59,601 nt of DNA from a virus (Duplodnaviria; Heunggongvirae; Uroviricota; Caudoviricetes), in IMG/VR virus record IMGVR_UViG_3300028577_000006; one strand, written 5' to 3'. Below, piece by piece: positions 36,539 through 46,246 of this stretch (within the stretch, counting starts at the first letter, position 1; each line of letters starts with the position of its first letter). The position numbers and the translations under genes are program-made. The notes under the pieces are model-generated. The model saw only the letters and a program-made list of their open reading frames with translations. It ran no database searches and had not been told where the DNA came from.

Positions 36539-37440
36539 TGGACCTCGACGATGTCACGTACCTGCTGCCAGGTGAGCTTGCTTCCGCGCGCGCGGTTGGA
36601 TCCGCCGATCAGATCGGAGCCGCCCCAGGGCGCGTCGTCGGCCGCACTGAGCGCGGCGTACAGCTCTGGCACCGGAAAGTCGACGTACCGCGACCGTCGG
36701 CCGATGGTGTAGACCATTCGGCCGTCGGGGCGACGTGCGACGATGCTGATGTACCCAGAGAGAGCGCCCTGCGAGAAGAGAGCGTAGCGTGCCTCGTTGC
36801 CGCCGATCTCGTCAACGATCTTGAAACGCGCCCCTTCGTGCAGCACGGTCGCGCGCGTATCGAGTTCCTTCTCCTTCGCGACGCCCATGAAGCACGCGTC
36901 GAGATTCGCCATCACGGCGCGCAGGCAGTTCAGCATCGTCGCCGAGCCCGCCGTCGCAAGCTCGCCGGACTTCCGCAGGTCGGTGTACGGAGCGAAGGCC
37001 CAACAGTGCTGCCGCACCAGCTGGTCGTCGAGGCTCATCGGAAACGCGCCGCCAGTGATGTCCCAGCGATCGTTCAGCGCGAGTAACCTGTTGATGACGG
37101 GATGGCTCTGCACGCCGCTGAACTGCTTGTGGCGCATGATCAGCCAGAGCGCGAACGCGGTGTCCTGGTCTGGATCGTTCACGTAGACGCGCGCTCGGCC
37201 GCCGAAGCGCTCCATGAGACCGCCCTTGAGCGCGAAGAGCACCTGCATCGCCGTGCTCATCGTCGCCTCGCGCACGACCCCGTCATGGTGGTCGAAGTTG
37301 ACGTGCAGCGTCTTCTCGTCCCACGCAGGGCCACCAGAGACCATCCCGTCGAGCGCGATGCCGCGGGCCGGCGTCTGCAAGAACTCGCTCCAGGTCATCG
37401 TCTGCCGCGGCAGCACCGCGATTTCGATCGGCTGTTCCAT
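36520..37440 (-). CDS. DHH-like phosphoesterase
   Basis: ALDG / NFDHH / NDPDQD metal-binding-type motifs; C-terminal WGGS...GGS DHHA1-like segment. Confidence 0.55.
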   Translation of the reverse strand: MEQPIEIAVLPRQTMTWSEFLQTPARGIALDGMVSGGPAWDEKTLHVNFDHHDGVVREATMSTAMQVLFALKGGLMERFGGRARVYVNDPDQDTAFALWLIMRHKQFSGVQSHPVINRLLALNDRWDITGGAFPMSLDDQLVRQHCWAFAPYTDLRKSGELATAGSATMLNCLRAVMANLDACFMGVAKEKELDTRATVLHEGARFKIVDEIGGNEARYALFSQGALSGYISIVARRPDGRMVYTIGRRSRYVDFPVPELYAALSAADDAPWGGSDLIGGSNRARGSKLTWQQVRDIVEVQCQTRT

Positions 37441-37487
37441 CGAACCCCCTCTACCACGTCACACGGTAACCACGAGGCGGGCGGTTG

Positions 37488-37763
37488 CTACCCGATTTTC
37501 GTCGGCCTACCCGCGCTGAAAACAGGCTCGTACTCGATGTACACTGGGACCTGGTAGAGGCTGCCGTCGGGCGCGCGAACGTTCACGTCAATACCGCAGT
37601 CGGGGAATGGATCGCCGGAGTACATGCCATCACGCCGCCATTGCTCGACCGCTTTCCTGGCAGCGTGCTCGTAGTCCATGTCCGTGCCCCACGGCAGGCT
37701 GTCCGTGATCGCCGTGGCGTCTTCCTCATCGCACGCGTCAGGGTCCCAGACCATGAGCTTCAT
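37488..37763 (-). CDS. hypothetical protein
   Basis: GGAGG RBS. Confidence 0.5.
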   Translation of the reverse strand: MKLMVWDPDACDEEDATAITDSLPWGTDMDYEHAARKAVEQWRRDGMYSGDPFPDCGIDVNVRAPDGSLYQVPVYIEYEPVFSAGRPTKIG

Positions 37764-37941
37764 CGCCCAAGCCTCCTGTCGACGTATCTGCCAAGGAAGA
37801 AACCGCAACCGAGGGTTCCAAGCATTCCCATCATGAACACGATCATCAGCCAGACGCTCTGCGTCGGTGACCCGATGAAACGCCAGATGCTGCCATACAG
37901 CATGCCGAGCACGAGGCAGCAGAGGTCTGATGCGCTGAACT

Positions 37942-38862
37942 TCACGTCGAAGTGCTCTCGTCGATCTTCTCGCCCAAGAAGAACAAGAAGAGCTTGCGGG
38001 CGGCCTCGTGCGGCAGACACGGGTCGCCATACTCGACGCCGTAGCGCTTGAACTGAACGCAGCCGCCGATCACGCGCGAGAAGGATACTTGGCACCAGTG
38101 ATCTTTCGGCGACGGGAGCGTCATCGTCGTGCCATCGACTGGCAGGCACGCCAGGAGCCAGCCGTACTGCGTGACGAAGGTTTCCTCGTCCATGGACGGC
38201 GGATACGCGATCGGCTTCCAGTCCGCTGCCGGCGCCAACCGACCGGCGCCACTTTGTGGCGCGGCGAGCCCTGTGTGCATGACGTCCCAAGCCGGCAACG
38301 AGGTGTTATCCGTGAACCGCACGTGCGAGACGCCGAATAGCGTAAGCATGGAGTCCACGACCCTGTGCACGCTGACGCCGTGTTGCTGAAGATCGCTCCA
38401 GCGAGCGACGATCGTCCCACGCGGATAGTCCTCTTGCCGCCACTTGGTGTGCGCGATGAAGCGCACCAGTCCTTCGCCGACCCACCTCACGCCCCCGCGG
38501 GGCCGGTTGAGTCTGATCAGCACTCTGCGACACGCAACCGGCGCGCCGAAGGCTCTGTAGCTGTCGCGCGCCACAACGATGCCGGTGTCGTCCGGACAGT
38601 CACGAACGACGACCTCATCGCCGATTTCGTACAGCGGATCTCCGTGATCCACGGTGATGGGCGTGACGTGCATGGGTCGCCACGGCGCGTCCACCCACTC
38701 TCCGCGGATGGGCGCTGCAATGCGCACGTCCGGATGCTGAATGCCGGTCACGTAGCCCTCGGCCCGAGGAGATCCCTGGCCGAACTGCACTCGGTCTCCG
38801 ATCTTGAACTCGTGCGTGGCTGCCATGAGCTGATTCCTGTCGCCGCTGAGCATCATCGTCAT
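37942..38862 (-). CDS. hypothetical protein with SH3/KOW-like repeats
   Basis: FKIGDRVQ.. and YEIGDEVVV.. segments. Confidence 0.55.
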   Translation of the reverse strand: MTMMLSGDRNQLMAATHEFKIGDRVQFGQGSPRAEGYVTGIQHPDVRIAAPIRGEWVDAPWRPMHVTPITVDHGDPLYEIGDEVVVRDCPDDTGIVVARDSYRAFGAPVACRRVLIRLNRPRGGVRWVGEGLVRFIAHTKWRQEDYPRGTIVARWSDLQQHGVSVHRVVDSMLTLFGVSHVRFTDNTSLPAWDVMHTGLAAPQSGAGRLAPAADWKPIAYPPSMDEETFVTQYGWLLACLPVDGTTMTLPSPKDHWCQVSFSRVIGGCVQFKRYGVEYGDPCLPHEAARKLFLFFLGEKIDESTST

Positions 38863-39194
38863 GTGGACTCCGTGAGCTTGACGTCGTTCTTCGTCTCGAT
38901 GCGCTCGATGACCGCGCGCTGAAGGTCGATCACGTGCCCTGGACACGTGTTGGCCATCCGCAGCGCACACACGACCAGGTCGGCCACGTAGCGGTCGACT
39001 TCCTCTGGCTTGAAGTCGCAGCCGCCGTGCTCGGCGTCGTTGACGAGCGCCGCCAGCTTGCCTGCGGCCTTCTGCACGTGCAGCAGTGCGTGCCCGAAAT
39101 CTTTGTGCGCCATCGGAGACGAGCGGAAATCTCGATGGTAGTGGATCGTCCACGGCAGGCTCGTTTGCAACTCGCGGATCGTCTTGTCGGTCAT
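38859..39194 (-). CDS. MazG-like (NTP-PPase fold) protein, acidic catalytic motif degenerate
   Basis: HALLHVQKAAGKLAALV...EEVDRYVADLVVCALRMAN...IDLQRAVIERIETKN. Confidence 0.5.
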   Translation of the reverse strand: MTDKTIRELQTSLPWTIHYHRDFRSSPMAHKDFGHALLHVQKAAGKLAALVNDAEHGGCDFKPEEVDRYVADLVVCALRMANTCPGHVIDLQRAVIERIETKNDVKLTEST

Positions 39195-39520
39195 CGCTTG
39201 GCTCCCAGCTTGCGCGCCACGCGGCGCAGTTCAGACGGCTTCGTGCCCATCTTGGAGCAGATGCCCTCAAGCCCCTCGAAGGCGTCGGTCAGGCGTCGCG
39301 GATACGCGTTGTACTTCGTGCGGCCCTTGAGGACGACGCGCTCTTCGCCGTACATCTCGACCGCGGTGCGCCACTCGCGTCGATGAGCGCGATAGAGGTA
39401 GTCCTCGGCCTCTTTCAGGCGCTTCCAAGCGGCTTCGATCTCGTCGGCTTGCTTGCGAATCCATTCGGCGAGCCCCTCATGGTCGACGGTCACGCCCAGC
39501 TTCATGTGCTTCTTCTTCAT
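39191..39520 (-). CDS. hypothetical protein
   Basis: GAGG RBS. Confidence 0.5.
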   Translation of the reverse strand: MKKKHMKLGVTVDHEGLAEWIRKQADEIEAAWKRLKEAEDYLYRAHRREWRTAVEMYGEERVVLKGRTKYNAYPRRLTDAFEGLEGICSKMGTKPSELRRVARKLGAKR

Positions 39521-39966
39521 CGCTTCCTCATGATGCGCTCGGCAATCGATACGTCTTCCAGGAGCGTTTGAAGTGCCGCCTCCAGCTCGCTCGTCGTCTG
39601 GCACACGATCTGTGGCGCAAGACGAGGAGCGGCGCATGGCGCGATTTTCACTGGGTACCCGCCATGACGGATCGCGATGTGCTGCACCATGTCCCGTACT
39701 GCCATAGGCAGACCCATGCTTTCCACACTCGCGAGCAGTACGCCTTCATCCTCTTTGCCGCGGCGCGCCTCGATGTCCCATGCGCGCTCACGCGCGCGAT
39801 GTGCATCGATACGGACCGCACCGTTCGTGATCGAGAGGCATGCAGCGTTCATCGCATCAACGAACTTCTCGATGTCCTTGCGCAAGAGATCGATCTCATC
39901 GGCGGCGCGAACGCCGCGCATGAGCGCCTCAGAAAAGAGCGCCTCAGAAAAGAGTTTCTTTGTCAC
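39517..39966 (-). CDS. hypothetical protein
   Basis: Operonic ORF. Confidence 0.5.
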   Translation of the reverse strand: MTKKLFSEALFSEALMRGVRAADEIDLLRKDIEKFVDAMNAACLSITNGAVRIDAHRARERAWDIEARRGKEDEGVLLASVESMGLPMAVRDMVQHIAIRHGGYPVKIAPCAAPRLAPQIVCQTTSELEAALQTLLEDVSIAERIMRKR

Positions 39967-40294
39967 TCTTGAACCCTCCCTTCTTGCGCGGCAGCGACTT
40001 CATGTCTTCCTTGAGCTTTTCGGCGATCGCGCTCGTGCGTGGATGCGTTGCGATCTGCTCACGCAGCTTCGTGCGGACGATCTCGACCGCCTCCGTCTGT
40101 GCGGTGGAGGCGGCGCCTGCATGCAGCGGCACGTAGTCATGCATTCCGAGATCGCCGCAGATCATGAACCACACGTCTTCGCCGCGGCGTACGACCGAGA
40201 TGCCAAGGCGCCCCGTGTTGAGGTACCAGGAGATCGGCTCGATGCGCCCGCGTGACCCCGGCGGATACGTCGTGTTGTCGAACCAGGTGTTCAC
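39944..40294 (-). CDS. hypothetical protein
   Basis: 116-aa ORF. Confidence 0.55.
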   Translation of the reverse strand: MNTWFDNTTYPPGSRGRIEPISWYLNTGRLGISVVRRGEDVWFMICGDLGMHDYVPLHAGAASTAQTEAVEIVRTKLREQIATHPRTSAIAEKLKEDMKSLPRKKGGFKSDKETLF

Positions 40295-40295
40295 A

Positions 40296-40487
40296 TCAAT
40301 CGTCCAGCGGACGCATGACTTCGACTTCGACTACCGGACTGGACTCCGTGACCGGTTCTGCCGTGGGCGCTATCCAGTGCAGCGTCGCGCTATCCGCCTC
40401 GCCCTGGCTGATCGTTTCGTTGTCGAGCAGCATCTTGACGAGCGCTTGCTGCACTTCTGGACCCGTCACCTGGAATCGAATCTTCAT
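40296..40487 (-). CDS. small hypothetical protein
   Basis: GAAGG RBS. Confidence 0.4.
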   Translation of the reverse strand: MKIRFQVTGPEVQQALVKMLLDNETISQGEADSATLHWIAPTAEPVTESSPVVEVEVMRPLDD

Positions 40488-40513
40488 GGCCTTCTCGTTC
40501 TTTCGGCAGTCGG

Positions 40514-40729
40514 TCATCGCGGACCTTCGTACAGCTTGGCGAGCTTGCTGATCGCCTCATGCAGCCTCTCGAAGTCGGCCCTATCGCTGGCGCTGTCGAT
40601 GTGCCGACTGAGGTTCAACAGGACGTTGCAGAGGCCTCCGCGCACGTTGGGCGCACCATCGACATACGCAGCCACGACCTCGGCAACGGCGGCCTCTTTC
40701 TCTGTCTCGTAGCTGGGCGTGGACGCCAT
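40514..40729 (-). CDS. small hypothetical protein
   Basis: TGATG overlap with the ligase stop. Confidence 0.45.
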   Translation of the reverse strand: MASTPSYETEKEAAVAEVVAAYVDGAPNVRGGLCNVLLNLSRHIDSASDRADFERLHEAISKLAKLYEGPR

Positions 40730-41727
40730 CAGCGCTCCAGATAGCGATTGCTGACGAGCTTGAGCTGGAGGTAGCCGATCTCCGGATCTGTTCGCTCGTT
40801 CTCTGGTGTGATCACGATGCCCTCGGCGAGATGCTTGGCGATGGCACTGTCGCCCATCGAAAGCTCCTCCATCTTCGCCTCCGAGTACGGACCGACGTAG
40901 AGCAACGGCACTCGGAGCGCCGATTCCTCCACGCCGTCGACCCTGAAGTCCCAGAAGTCGGCCATCTTCTCCCACGCGTTGCCGCGCAGCACCGCGAAGG
41001 CTGCGAACTTGATCTGTCCACGATCCGTGTCGTAGCGAAGATCTTGGACCTGGCCGAAGACTTCTCCGTAGAGCACGGCGTCGGGATTCGCACGGCACCA
41101 CGTCTCGATCCACGGGTTCTGCCTGAGGCCCTGCCACCACGGATCTCCAGGCTGCCGACCCTCTGCCGGCGGGCGCTTCCACTGCGTCCGTGAGCCGCAC
41201 CACATGCGGTCTTCGCGAAATGCGTAGCGAGCGTTGGCGCCATGCAGCTTCTCGGTGACGCACACGATCTCGCCTTCGACGAGAAGGTGCTTGTAGCGTC
41301 GCCAGTTCTCGACGTCGAACTTCGGCACGTGTGCGAGGGCATCGCACGGCCGCTCTGCGTCGCCGTCAGTGCCGAACTGGATCGGCGGCTCCCAGCGCTT
41401 GATGCCGAGCTTCTCCATCACGTCTTCGCCCTCGGCTGCGCCCTCTGGCGCACGCACGAGCAGGCCCTGCGACCAGGTGCCACGCAGACGCTTGGCCTTG
41501 ATGCGCCGCTTGTCGCCAAGGAACGCGAACAGCGCGCCGGCCGGATGCTCTTCAGGCGACGGCACGATGTAGTCGGGCTCGATGTACGCGCAGAGGTCTC
41601 CGGGCTGGAAGTCGCCCAGGCGCACCGCGCAGGTCCATCCGTGGATGAGCACCAGGCCGAGCGAATCGGCGTTGGGGTGCTTCTGGATCTCTTTGATGCG
41701 AACGACGTCGACTCGATGCGTGCTCAC
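40729..41727 (-). CDS. RNA ligase, DRB0094 (Rnl2-type) family
   Basis: N-terminal HPNADSL...F.PGD..AYIE.D and LRGTWSQGL; motif I EKLHG; YGEVFG; EGIVI; LKLVS; GAAGGAG RBS before GTG 41727. Confidence 0.9.
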   Translation of the reverse strand: MSTHRVDVVRIKEIQKHPNADSLGLVLIHGWTCAVRLGDFQPGDLCAYIEPDYIVPSPEEHPAGALFAFLGDKRRIKAKRLRGTWSQGLLVRAPEGAAEGEDVMEKLGIKRWEPPIQFGTDGDAERPCDALAHVPKFDVENWRRYKHLLVEGEIVCVTEKLHGANARYAFREDRMWCGSRTQWKRPPAEGRQPGDPWWQGLRQNPWIETWCRANPDAVLYGEVFGQVQDLRYDTDRGQIKFAAFAVLRGNAWEKMADFWDFRVDGVEESALRVPLLYVGPYSEAKMEELSMGDSAIAKHLAEGIVITPENERTDPEIGYLQLKLVSNRYLER

Positions 41728-41738
41728 GTTCGACTCCT

Positions 41739-42203
41739 TCAGCCGCGGTACGGCGGCGGCGTTTCCCAGTCGGGCGGTGGAACCCAGCCCATCGCCTTCG
41801 CCGCGTCGGCCCACGGCGCCGAACGGGCCCGAAGCACGGCCGCCATGATCGTGTCCGCTGCCGCCTGCGCATCTTCACGTGCGAACCAGTAGTAGTAGAG
41901 CGGATCGCCGTCATCGTCTTTCTTCACGCAGACCGCAGCTGACGCGCAGTACTGGTGCACGCACTTCATGTCGCGCGCGTCAGCCTCGCTCTCTTCGTCC
42001 GTGTCGTCATCATCCTCGTCGTCGGCGTCGGCGTCCGGCCCGAGGGCCCCGCCGAGAAACGACGTCACATCTCCACTGCGCTCGTCGTCGTACTCGTGCG
42101 GCTGATCGCAATCGGGTATGTACCAGCGCAGCGTCCAGCCCGCAGGTGCAGGCATCACGATCAGCATGTCGCCCTTGGCCTCGTGCACGTTCTCGTCGAT
42201 CAC
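41739..42203 (-). CDS. hypothetical acidic protein
   Basis: GTGA overlap; C-terminal W...AKAMGW.PP motif shared with the upstream gene. Confidence 0.5.
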   Translation of the reverse strand: MIDENVHEAKGDMLIVMPAPAGWTLRWYIPDCDQPHEYDDERSGDVTSFLGGALGPDADADDEDDDDTDEESEADARDMKCVHQYCASAAVCVKKDDDGDPLYYYWFAREDAQAAADTIMAAVLRARSAPWADAAKAMGWVPPPDWETPPPYRG

Positions 42204-42616
42204 GGCTTCCATCCCTTCGGCGGCTTCCATCCGGCCGCAGTCGCTTGCTTCGCCCACTCCGGCCACGGCACGCCGGTGTCGTACTCGGCGTCCGCCGCCT
42301 TCAACGCCGCGCGCATCGCGGCACAGAACTTCTTCGCAGACGCCTCCGACTCGAACTCGTATCCGTCGTGACCACGGGAAGCCGACGGATGCGTGCTGAC
42401 CCACTCGCGCGCAGCGATTTCCACCGCGTAGAACTGGAAGTCGCTTCGTGCCGTATCTGATGCGCGGTCATTCTTCGAGACGTTCATCGCATCCCGCAGC
42501 TCGGCGAGAGGCCTCTTGTGCTCCTGGCCAATATGCGCGCCTTCCTCCCCGTCCACGTCGATCCATGCGACGTACGCCTGATAACGATCGATCGACACGG
42601 CAAACGGCGACTTCAT
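42200..42616 (-). CDS. hypothetical protein
   Basis: 138 aa ending WPEWAKQATAAGWKPPKGWKP. Confidence 0.55.
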   Translation of the reverse strand: MKSPFAVSIDRYQAYVAWIDVDGEEGAHIGQEHKRPLAELRDAMNVSKNDRASDTARSDFQFYAVEIAAREWVSTHPSASRGHDGYEFESEASAKKFCAAMRAALKAADAEYDTGVPWPEWAKQATAAGWKPPKGWKP

Positions 42617-43095
42617 GAACGCTCCATGATGTAGGCAACGAAATCAGCGGGAAGACGCACGCCGTGCTCTTCGATGTAGTGAGGCAAGGCCTCGGGCCAG
42701 ACCCAAACCTCGTCGGTCATGTCAGCCGAGCCGGGCAGCGCCATCTTGCATCCGCATCGGCAGTGCGAGAGACCCATCCAGCGCGACTTCACGCGGCCCG
42801 TCTGCAAGTACTTCAGAACACGACGGCGCTCTTTCGCGTTCCAGGCGCGATCGATCATCGTGTTCGGGTGAGGCAACAGTGAGCCTGGCCCAGTCGACCA
42901 GAACCCCACTGGCTTCAGACGACGCGGTGGTGCTGTGAACGACACGATGTCGAGCACCGTGCCGTATCCGACCTCAAGCTCCAGCGGACTGCATGTCTTC
43001 TTGAGGTCATCGAAGAAGACCAGCATCGGATGGCTGGCAACAGGACACTCGTCGCTCGGCTCTTCGCCGGCCGCGTCTTCGTTCTCGTTCGACAT
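42613..43095 (-). CDS. conserved hypothetical protein
   Basis: GFW...P...W.G.S.CR.C....G..D.TD..W.WPE.L.HYI..H.V.LP..F, a widespread bacterial/phage motif. Confidence 0.6.
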   Translation of the reverse strand: MSNENEDAAGEEPSDECPVASHPMLVFFDDLKKTCSPLELEVGYGTVLDIVSFTAPPRRLKPVGFWSTGPGSLLPHPNTMIDRAWNAKERRRVLKYLQTGRVKSRWMGLSHCRCGCKMALPGSADMTDEVWVWPEALPHYIEEHGVRLPADFVAYIMERS

Positions 43096-43101
43096 GCCAC
43101 G

Positions 43102-43356
43102 CTACTCGCGGTTGATCTTCTTCGACGTGAAGTCGTGGAACGCGAAGGTCGGCCGCAGAGGCACGACACCGATGGCCGGATGCGCGATGCAGTTGTGGAC
43201 GAACCACCAGAAGTGATGCGGCAGGGCCGAGCCCGTCTCCTTCTTCCACTTCTCGATTCGCCAGCCGAAGCGGCCGTACGACGTCGAGAGGCGCTTTCTG
43301 AGCGCCCGGGACTCGCGGGCTTCGTGATCCAGCTGGTCGAGGAACTCTCGGTTCAT
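43102..43356 (-). CDS. hypothetical protein
   Basis: HNCIAHP...HD motif; candidate promoter TTGACA-N17-TACGAC upstream. Confidence 0.55.
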   Translation of the reverse strand: MNREFLDQLDHEARESRALRKRLSTSYGRFGWRIEKWKKETGSALPHHFWWFVHNCIAHPAIGVVPLRPTFAFHDFTSKKINRE

Positions 43357-43427
43357 ACTGCCCCCGTCATCAGGTGTGTCGTACGTGCTTGCGACATACT
43401 TGTCAAGAACGAACACCCGGCGGCGCC

Positions 43428-43970
43428 TCAGAAGAGAGGAAGGTGGCCGAGGGAAATCACGTCCGGGCGGCGCGAGCCTTCGGTGAAAACGGCGAGTGTC
43501 GCAACGTGCTCGGCTCCGGCCTTGCGGGCCAGGGCCTTCAGCGCTTCAAGCGTTCCGCCTGAGGACACCACGTCATCCACGAAAGCCGCGCGCTTCCCGA
43601 AAAGATCGAGCGCGTCATCCTCCGAGAGGTAAAGCGCTTGGACTCGGTTCGTGGTGATGCTCTTCACTTCTACCGAGAGCACGTTCTCGCCCATGTATGG
43701 CTTCCGCTCCTTGCGAGCGACGTACGTTGGAAGACCGCTCTGGCGACCGAGAACATGGAGCAGAGCCTGGGCCTTCCCGTCGGGCATGATGAGCGCTTCG
43801 ACCCCTTCGGGGATCTGCGGCGCAAGCTCCAGGCCGGCGGCCTCCGACAGCTCCCAGTCCCCCAGGATGTTGAAGAGGGCTACGCGAACGCCCGGAGCGA
43901 CTTCGCGGATCGGAAGCCGACGGGTCGTCGCGCCGATGTGAATCACGTGGCTCGTTGTGTCGGTATTCAT
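43428..43970 (-). CDS. type I phosphoribosyltransferase (adenine PRT-like)
   Basis: PRPP-binding loop AFVDDVVSSGGTL; VARKERKPYM. Confidence 0.88.
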   Translation of the reverse strand: MNTDTTSHVIHIGATTRRLPIREVAPGVRVALFNILGDWELSEAAGLELAPQIPEGVEALIMPDGKAQALLHVLGRQSGLPTYVARKERKPYMGENVLSVEVKSITTNRVQALYLSEDDALDLFGKRAAFVDDVVSSGGTLEALKALARKAGAEHVATLAVFTEGSRRPDVISLGHLPLF

Positions 43971-43976
43971 GACGCC

Positions 43977-44444
43977 TTACAGATACGTGGGCTTCTCCAG
44001 CATCGCAATGAGTAGCTCGATGTGCTCATCGAGAAGGCCATGCTCCCAGGTGGTGCGGATCAAACGTGGGTACAAGACGTCGGTCATGTCGTCGGAGTCG
44101 TCCAAGATCGCGAAGCGCCGCGGATCGTGACTGTCGAGCCATTCTTGGATCTGCGGGCCACGGAAGCCGCCGCCACCTGGCGTTTTGCCGATCACGCGTG
44201 CACGCGTCACTCCGCGACGACGAAGCGTGCGCTGTATCCACTTGCAGCTGTGCGTGATGCGCCAGGTCGACGAGATCACCAGCTCGCACGAGGTCGCCTT
44301 GATGACGCGATTCAGCCGAGCGCCGGCCGCAGGGTTGAAGTGCCGCGTAGCTCCGATGTCGTCCATGTCCGCCATCCAACCGCGATGCAGCCAATCGGCG
44401 CTGTTCAAGACGCCGTCGATATCGAGGAAGATGACTGGATTCAT
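43977..44444 (-). CDS. HAD phosphatase, Swiss-Army-Knife RNA-repair type (HAD_SAK_2-like)
   Basis: IFLDIDGVLN / VISSTWR / IGKTP / RG..I.EWL / FAILDD..D. Confidence 0.85.
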   Translation of the reverse strand: MNPVIFLDIDGVLNSADWLHRGWMADMDDIGATRHFNPAAGARLNRVIKATSCELVISSTWRITHSCKWIQRTLRRRGVTRARVIGKTPGGGGFRGPQIQEWLDSHDPRRFAILDDSDDMTDVLYPRLIRTTWEHGLLDEHIELLIAMLEKPTYL

Positions 44445-44818
44445 CCGAAGACTCCGGCGGCGATCCTCATCGCGCGAGCTGGCGACGGGCCGCGTCCAAA
44501 GCGCTTGTCCCACTTCGCCCAGTTGCGATCGGTCGGAGTGTATTCGCCAGCACGCCTGTTACAGCATGACCGACAGGCGTACTCGTTTATGAACGGCGAC
44601 ACCCGCTTGCCATCGATCGCCACGACCCTCCAGCCCGTGCGCCAGTGAACCGACTTTTCGCAGAAGTGACAGCGCGCCGTGACGACCGTGGCAACTACCA
44701 CGCGGCGCCACCGTGTCTTCTCCAGATGACGCTGATGGGCAACCCAGCGCACCGCGCGCTCCCAGAGCGAAGGCTCGCTCTTGGACGGCGCCGGTTCACG
44801 ATACGGAGACATCGACAA
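44441..44818 (-). CDS. Zn-ribbon protein (PYR N-terminus)
   Basis: MSPYREP...; CHFC...CRSC. Confidence 0.5.
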   Translation of the reverse strand: MSMSPYREPAPSKSEPSLWERAVRWVAHQRHLEKTRWRRVVVATVVTARCHFCEKSVHWRTGWRVVAIDGKRVSPFINEYACRSCCNRRAGEYTPTDRNWAKWDKRFGRGPSPARAMRIAAGVFG

Positions 44819-45140
44819 CCTCGGGCGGGTTCGCTTCGAGCCAGTCCATGACCACGCGGATGTGGCGGCCGGCGGAGACCTGGTTGGTAGTCTGTAACAA
44901 ATCTACCGCATCGAGCACGGTGGCTGCGAGCGTCCGAAGCTGCTTCTTCGACAGCAGTAGTACGCGCGTGTCCACGACGTCGATCACTGCCTCCAAATCG
45001 ATGTCGCGGATCCCAAGCGACCTGTTCGGATGCTCGCCATCCCACTTCGCGCGTTCGCGGTAGATCTTCTCGCAGAGCACCTCGCGCGTGAGCAGCGCGG
45101 TGGCCGATGCGATCTCCGACAGGCTGCTACCACGGCTCAC
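44796..45140 (-). CDS. hypothetical protein
   Basis: 114-aa ORF. Confidence 0.5.
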   Translation of the reverse strand: MSRGSSLSEIASATALLTREVLCEKIYRERAKWDGEHPNRSLGIRDIDLEAVIDVVDTRVLLLSKKQLRTLAATVLDAVDLLQTTNQVSAGRHIRVVMDWLEANPPEVVDVSVS

Positions 45141-45487
45141 GGTGCCTCCGGATCTGCCTGGCGCCGGGCGGCGTCGAACGCATCGAGAAGATCGAGCAAC
45201 ATCCAGGCGCGCTCGTTCAGCACGTTGCCTTCGTCGATGGTGCGTACGTCAGGATCGCGCGAGGTGTTGCCGCAGCGAAGGTCGTGCTCCACGCGTGCCC
45301 GGATCTCGTCCTCTCGCTCCGGCAACAACTGAAACGACAGAAGCGCAGCGTTGCTCTCGTGATGAGCTTGTTCGAGCCTGAGCTGCACCACGGTCTCCGT
45401 GTCGCGCCCTTGCGACTCGATCCAATCGGCGATGCGCTTGAGCACCTGCGCGCGAGCGAGCGCCAGCAACGCCTCGCCCCTACGCAT
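45137..45487 (-). CDS. hypothetical protein
   Basis: 116-aa ORF. Confidence 0.5.
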   Translation of the reverse strand: MRRGEALLALARAQVLKRIADWIESQGRDTETVVQLRLEQAHHESNAALLSFQLLPEREDEIRARVEHDLRCGNTSRDPDVRTIDEGNVLNERAWMLLDLLDAFDAARRQADPEAP

Positions 45488-45854
45488 GACGCTCTCGGCG
45501 TGCTCGGCGACGCTTCTTCGGCATGGTGTCTTCGAGACGCTCGTGCTGCGGCCCGTCCAGCGTCATCTTGCCGACAGCCTCGCGAAAGCTCGGGTCCGAC
45601 ATCGCGCGCATTCGCAGGGCCAGGTTGTTGCCGGGCCCCAGCTGATGCAGCGTCCAGCCAACGCAGTGACGCTCTTTGCCTGGCGTGGTCTCGTGGCACG
45701 CCATCACATGCATCGCTCGACCGACGCCCGACATGTCGCCGGGGCGTGCGATCGTGCATGAGAGCGCTTCATGCTGCTCCTCACTGTAGCCTCCTGGGAT
45801 GTCCTTCTCCGGACGCGTGCTCTTCTTCCACGGGCATGCCTTGCACTGCTTCAT
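45480..45854 (-). CDS. Cys/His-rich conserved protein (DUF6283-like)
   Basis: CKACPW...MACHE...HCVGW. Confidence 0.55.
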   Translation of the reverse strand: MKQCKACPWKKSTRPEKDIPGGYSEEQHEALSCTIARPGDMSGVGRAMHVMACHETTPGKERHCVGWTLHQLGPGNNLALRMRAMSDPSFREAVGKMTLDGPQHERLEDTMPKKRRRARRERHA

Positions 45855-46246
45855 CAGCGCCCTCCATCATCGAGGGCGGGCGGCCTGCGCGCTTCGGCGT
45901 CAAGCAGTGCGCGAGACCACTTCGCTGAAGACGATGCCGCAGCGGCAGACTGAGAGTCCGCTAGCGCGGCGGCTCGCATTCTTTCTCGGTGCTGCCGCTC
46001 GTGCGTGAGATCCATGAGGCGCCCCTCAAGATCGTGGGCGTACCGGCGCAGACGTTCGCCTTCCTTGATCATCTGCTCCAGCGGCCTGGCCGTTCGCGCC
46101 ACGATCTCTGGCACCGTGACGGCGCGGATCTCCGCAACCCTGTCCGACAGCAGCTCCAGCGGCTCACCGCCGCTCTCCCGCGCAGCGCGATCGTAGCCTT
46201 CACGAAAAGCAGCCTCGACGATCGAGTTCAGAAGCGCATCGTTCAT
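45854..46246 (-). CDS. hypothetical coiled-coil protein
   Basis: GGGGAGG RBS. Confidence 0.5.
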   Translation of the reverse strand: MNDALLNSIVEAAFREGYDRAARESGGEPLELLSDRVAEIRAVTVPEIVARTARPLEQMIKEGERLRRYAHDLEGRLMDLTHERQHRERMRAAALADSQSAAAASSSAKWSRALLDAEARRPPALDDGGR

